Below, one piece after another: positions 63,366-64,000 of a DNA stretch of 64,000 nucleotides. The number at the start of each line of letters is the position of its first letter. Positions within the stretch are counted from its first letter, which is position 1. The stretch comes from an uncultured Gemmatimonadaceae bacterium (GTDB lineage Bacteria; Gemmatimonadota; Gemmatimonadetes; Gemmatimonadales; GWC2-71-9): positions 67,146 to 131,145 of the forward strand of contig CAZRCT010000002.1 in the NCBI GenBank assembly GCA_964598655.1. Direction: 5' to 3'. The position numbers and the translations under genes were made by a program. Under the pieces are notes generated by a model. That model made no database searches. It was not told where the DNA came from and saw only the letters and a program-made list of their open reading frames with translations.

Positions 63366-63992
63366 TCAGCGGGAGGGAAAGACGGCGTAGCGGCGCAGGT
63401 CGAGCCGGGCGCCCACGAGGACGCGAAGCCCGGTGGCGCGATCGATCTCGGTGAGCCCCGGCACCGGCGTCAGCTCGAGGGCCACCGCCACGTACCGGCC
63501 GGCGGGCAGCTCCAGCTCCGTGAAGCGCGACTGGTGCGCCTCCGGCCCGATGCGGATCGGCGCCTGGTGCACCACGCCATCGTCGCCGGTCACCAGCACG
63601 CGCGCCCCCGCCATGGTCTCGCCCGCGGCCTCGAGCACCAGGGTGCCGCCCTGCGGCAGGTCCCAGCGCACGGGCCTGGTGGCGGTGCCGGGGGTGCGCT
63701 CCACCTCCATGACCAGGGCATCGCGCCGCTTCTCCAGGCGGCGGGTGCCGCTGGCCGCCACCCAGCCGTCACTCACCGGGCCGAAGTCGTCGGCAAACCG
63801 GCCCTCGTCCACCGGCACGAGCGGCGGCACCTCGCGCCACGCCGTCACCCGGCCGGGCGCCCCCGGGCCGTCCACCTGCACGCCGTGCTCGGCGTAGAGC
63901 CACGTCAGGTCGCCACTGCCGGTGGTGTCGGGCGGGAGGGTGTCGAGGCCCACCACGTCCACGAGCGTGATCCGCGAGAAGGGATCCTGCAC
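63366..63992 (-). CDS. Hypothetical protein (may extend beyond the window edge)
   Basis: 208-aa ORF lying 8 nt upstream of the metallophosphoesterase gene on the same strand. There is no in-frame stop between its first ATG and the window end. No family recognised. Confidence 0.45.
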   Translation of the reverse strand: MQDPFSRITLVDVVGLDTLPPDTTGSGDLTWLYAEHGVQVDGPGAPGRVTAWREVPPLVPVDEGRFADDFGPVSDGWVAASGTRRLEKRRDALVMEVERTPGTATRPVRWDLPQGGTLVLEAAGETMAGARVLVTGDDGVVHQAPIRIGPEAHQSRFTELELPAGRYVAVALELTPVPGLTEIDRATGLRVLVGARLDLRRYAVFPSR

Positions 63993-64000
63993 CCAGCGCT

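Noticed and set aside
1-64000. Mobile elements, CRISPR arrays, tRNA or rRNA genes, prophage or defence-system genes
   Set aside because: Reading both strands, I found no transposase, integrase or Cas-like ORFs, no regularly spaced direct repeats, no cloverleaf-like intergenic sequences and no obvious compositional break. The island looks chromosomal and compositionally native. A computed GC-skew or k-mer profile would be needed to be certain.

Overview
High-GC (roughly 70% by eye) bacterial chromosomal window with about 58 tightly packed protein genes. I could not find any rRNA, tRNA, CRISPR array, transposase or integrase. Gene content (exosortase/EpsI, SBBP beta-propeller repeat lipoproteins, many GT-C enzymes) suggests a Gram-negative such as Gemmatimonadota or Acidobacteriota, but that is inference only.

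The left ~15 kb is core metabolism:
- NAD-linked formate dehydrogenase (FdsB 3' end, FdsA, FdsD)
- a UbiD-family decarboxylase and a UbiA-family prenyltransferase, followed by a phytoene/squalene synthase-like gene, an SDR and two unknown genes
- threonine degradation (tdh-kbl)
- an outer-membrane beta-barrel protein
- a NYN/OST-HTH protein coupled to DNA-3-methyladenine glycosylase

From ~15.8 kb to ~62.3 kb lies one ~46-kb envelope-polysaccharide island. It contains:
- a sigma-54 enhancer-binding response regulator, a soluble histidine kinase and wecB
- a Wzz/tyrosine-autokinase, a Wza-like exporter, a priming sugar transferase, and an exosortase with EpsI
- four paralogous membrane-anchored 'sulfatase-fold' proteins that lack sulfatase catalytic motifs
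- cytoplasmic GT2/GT4 enzymes
- three polyprenyl-phosphate-sugar-synthase-type GT2s next to four GT-C-like polytopic proteins
- a CDP-hexose C-methyl deoxysugar cassette
- two FAD oxidoreductase/SDR pairs
- two tandem SBBP lipoproteins

Several operon heads carry -24/-12 (sigma-54) promoter-like sequences, one of them an exact TGGCAC-N5-TTGCA.

The most interesting hypothesis is a sigma-54-controlled, largely extracytoplasmic polymer assembly and decoration system. It would combine lipid-linked sugar donors, GT-C transferases and LtaS/BcsG-like transferases, and it is attached to an exosortase locus for which no PEP-CTERM cargo is visible in this window.
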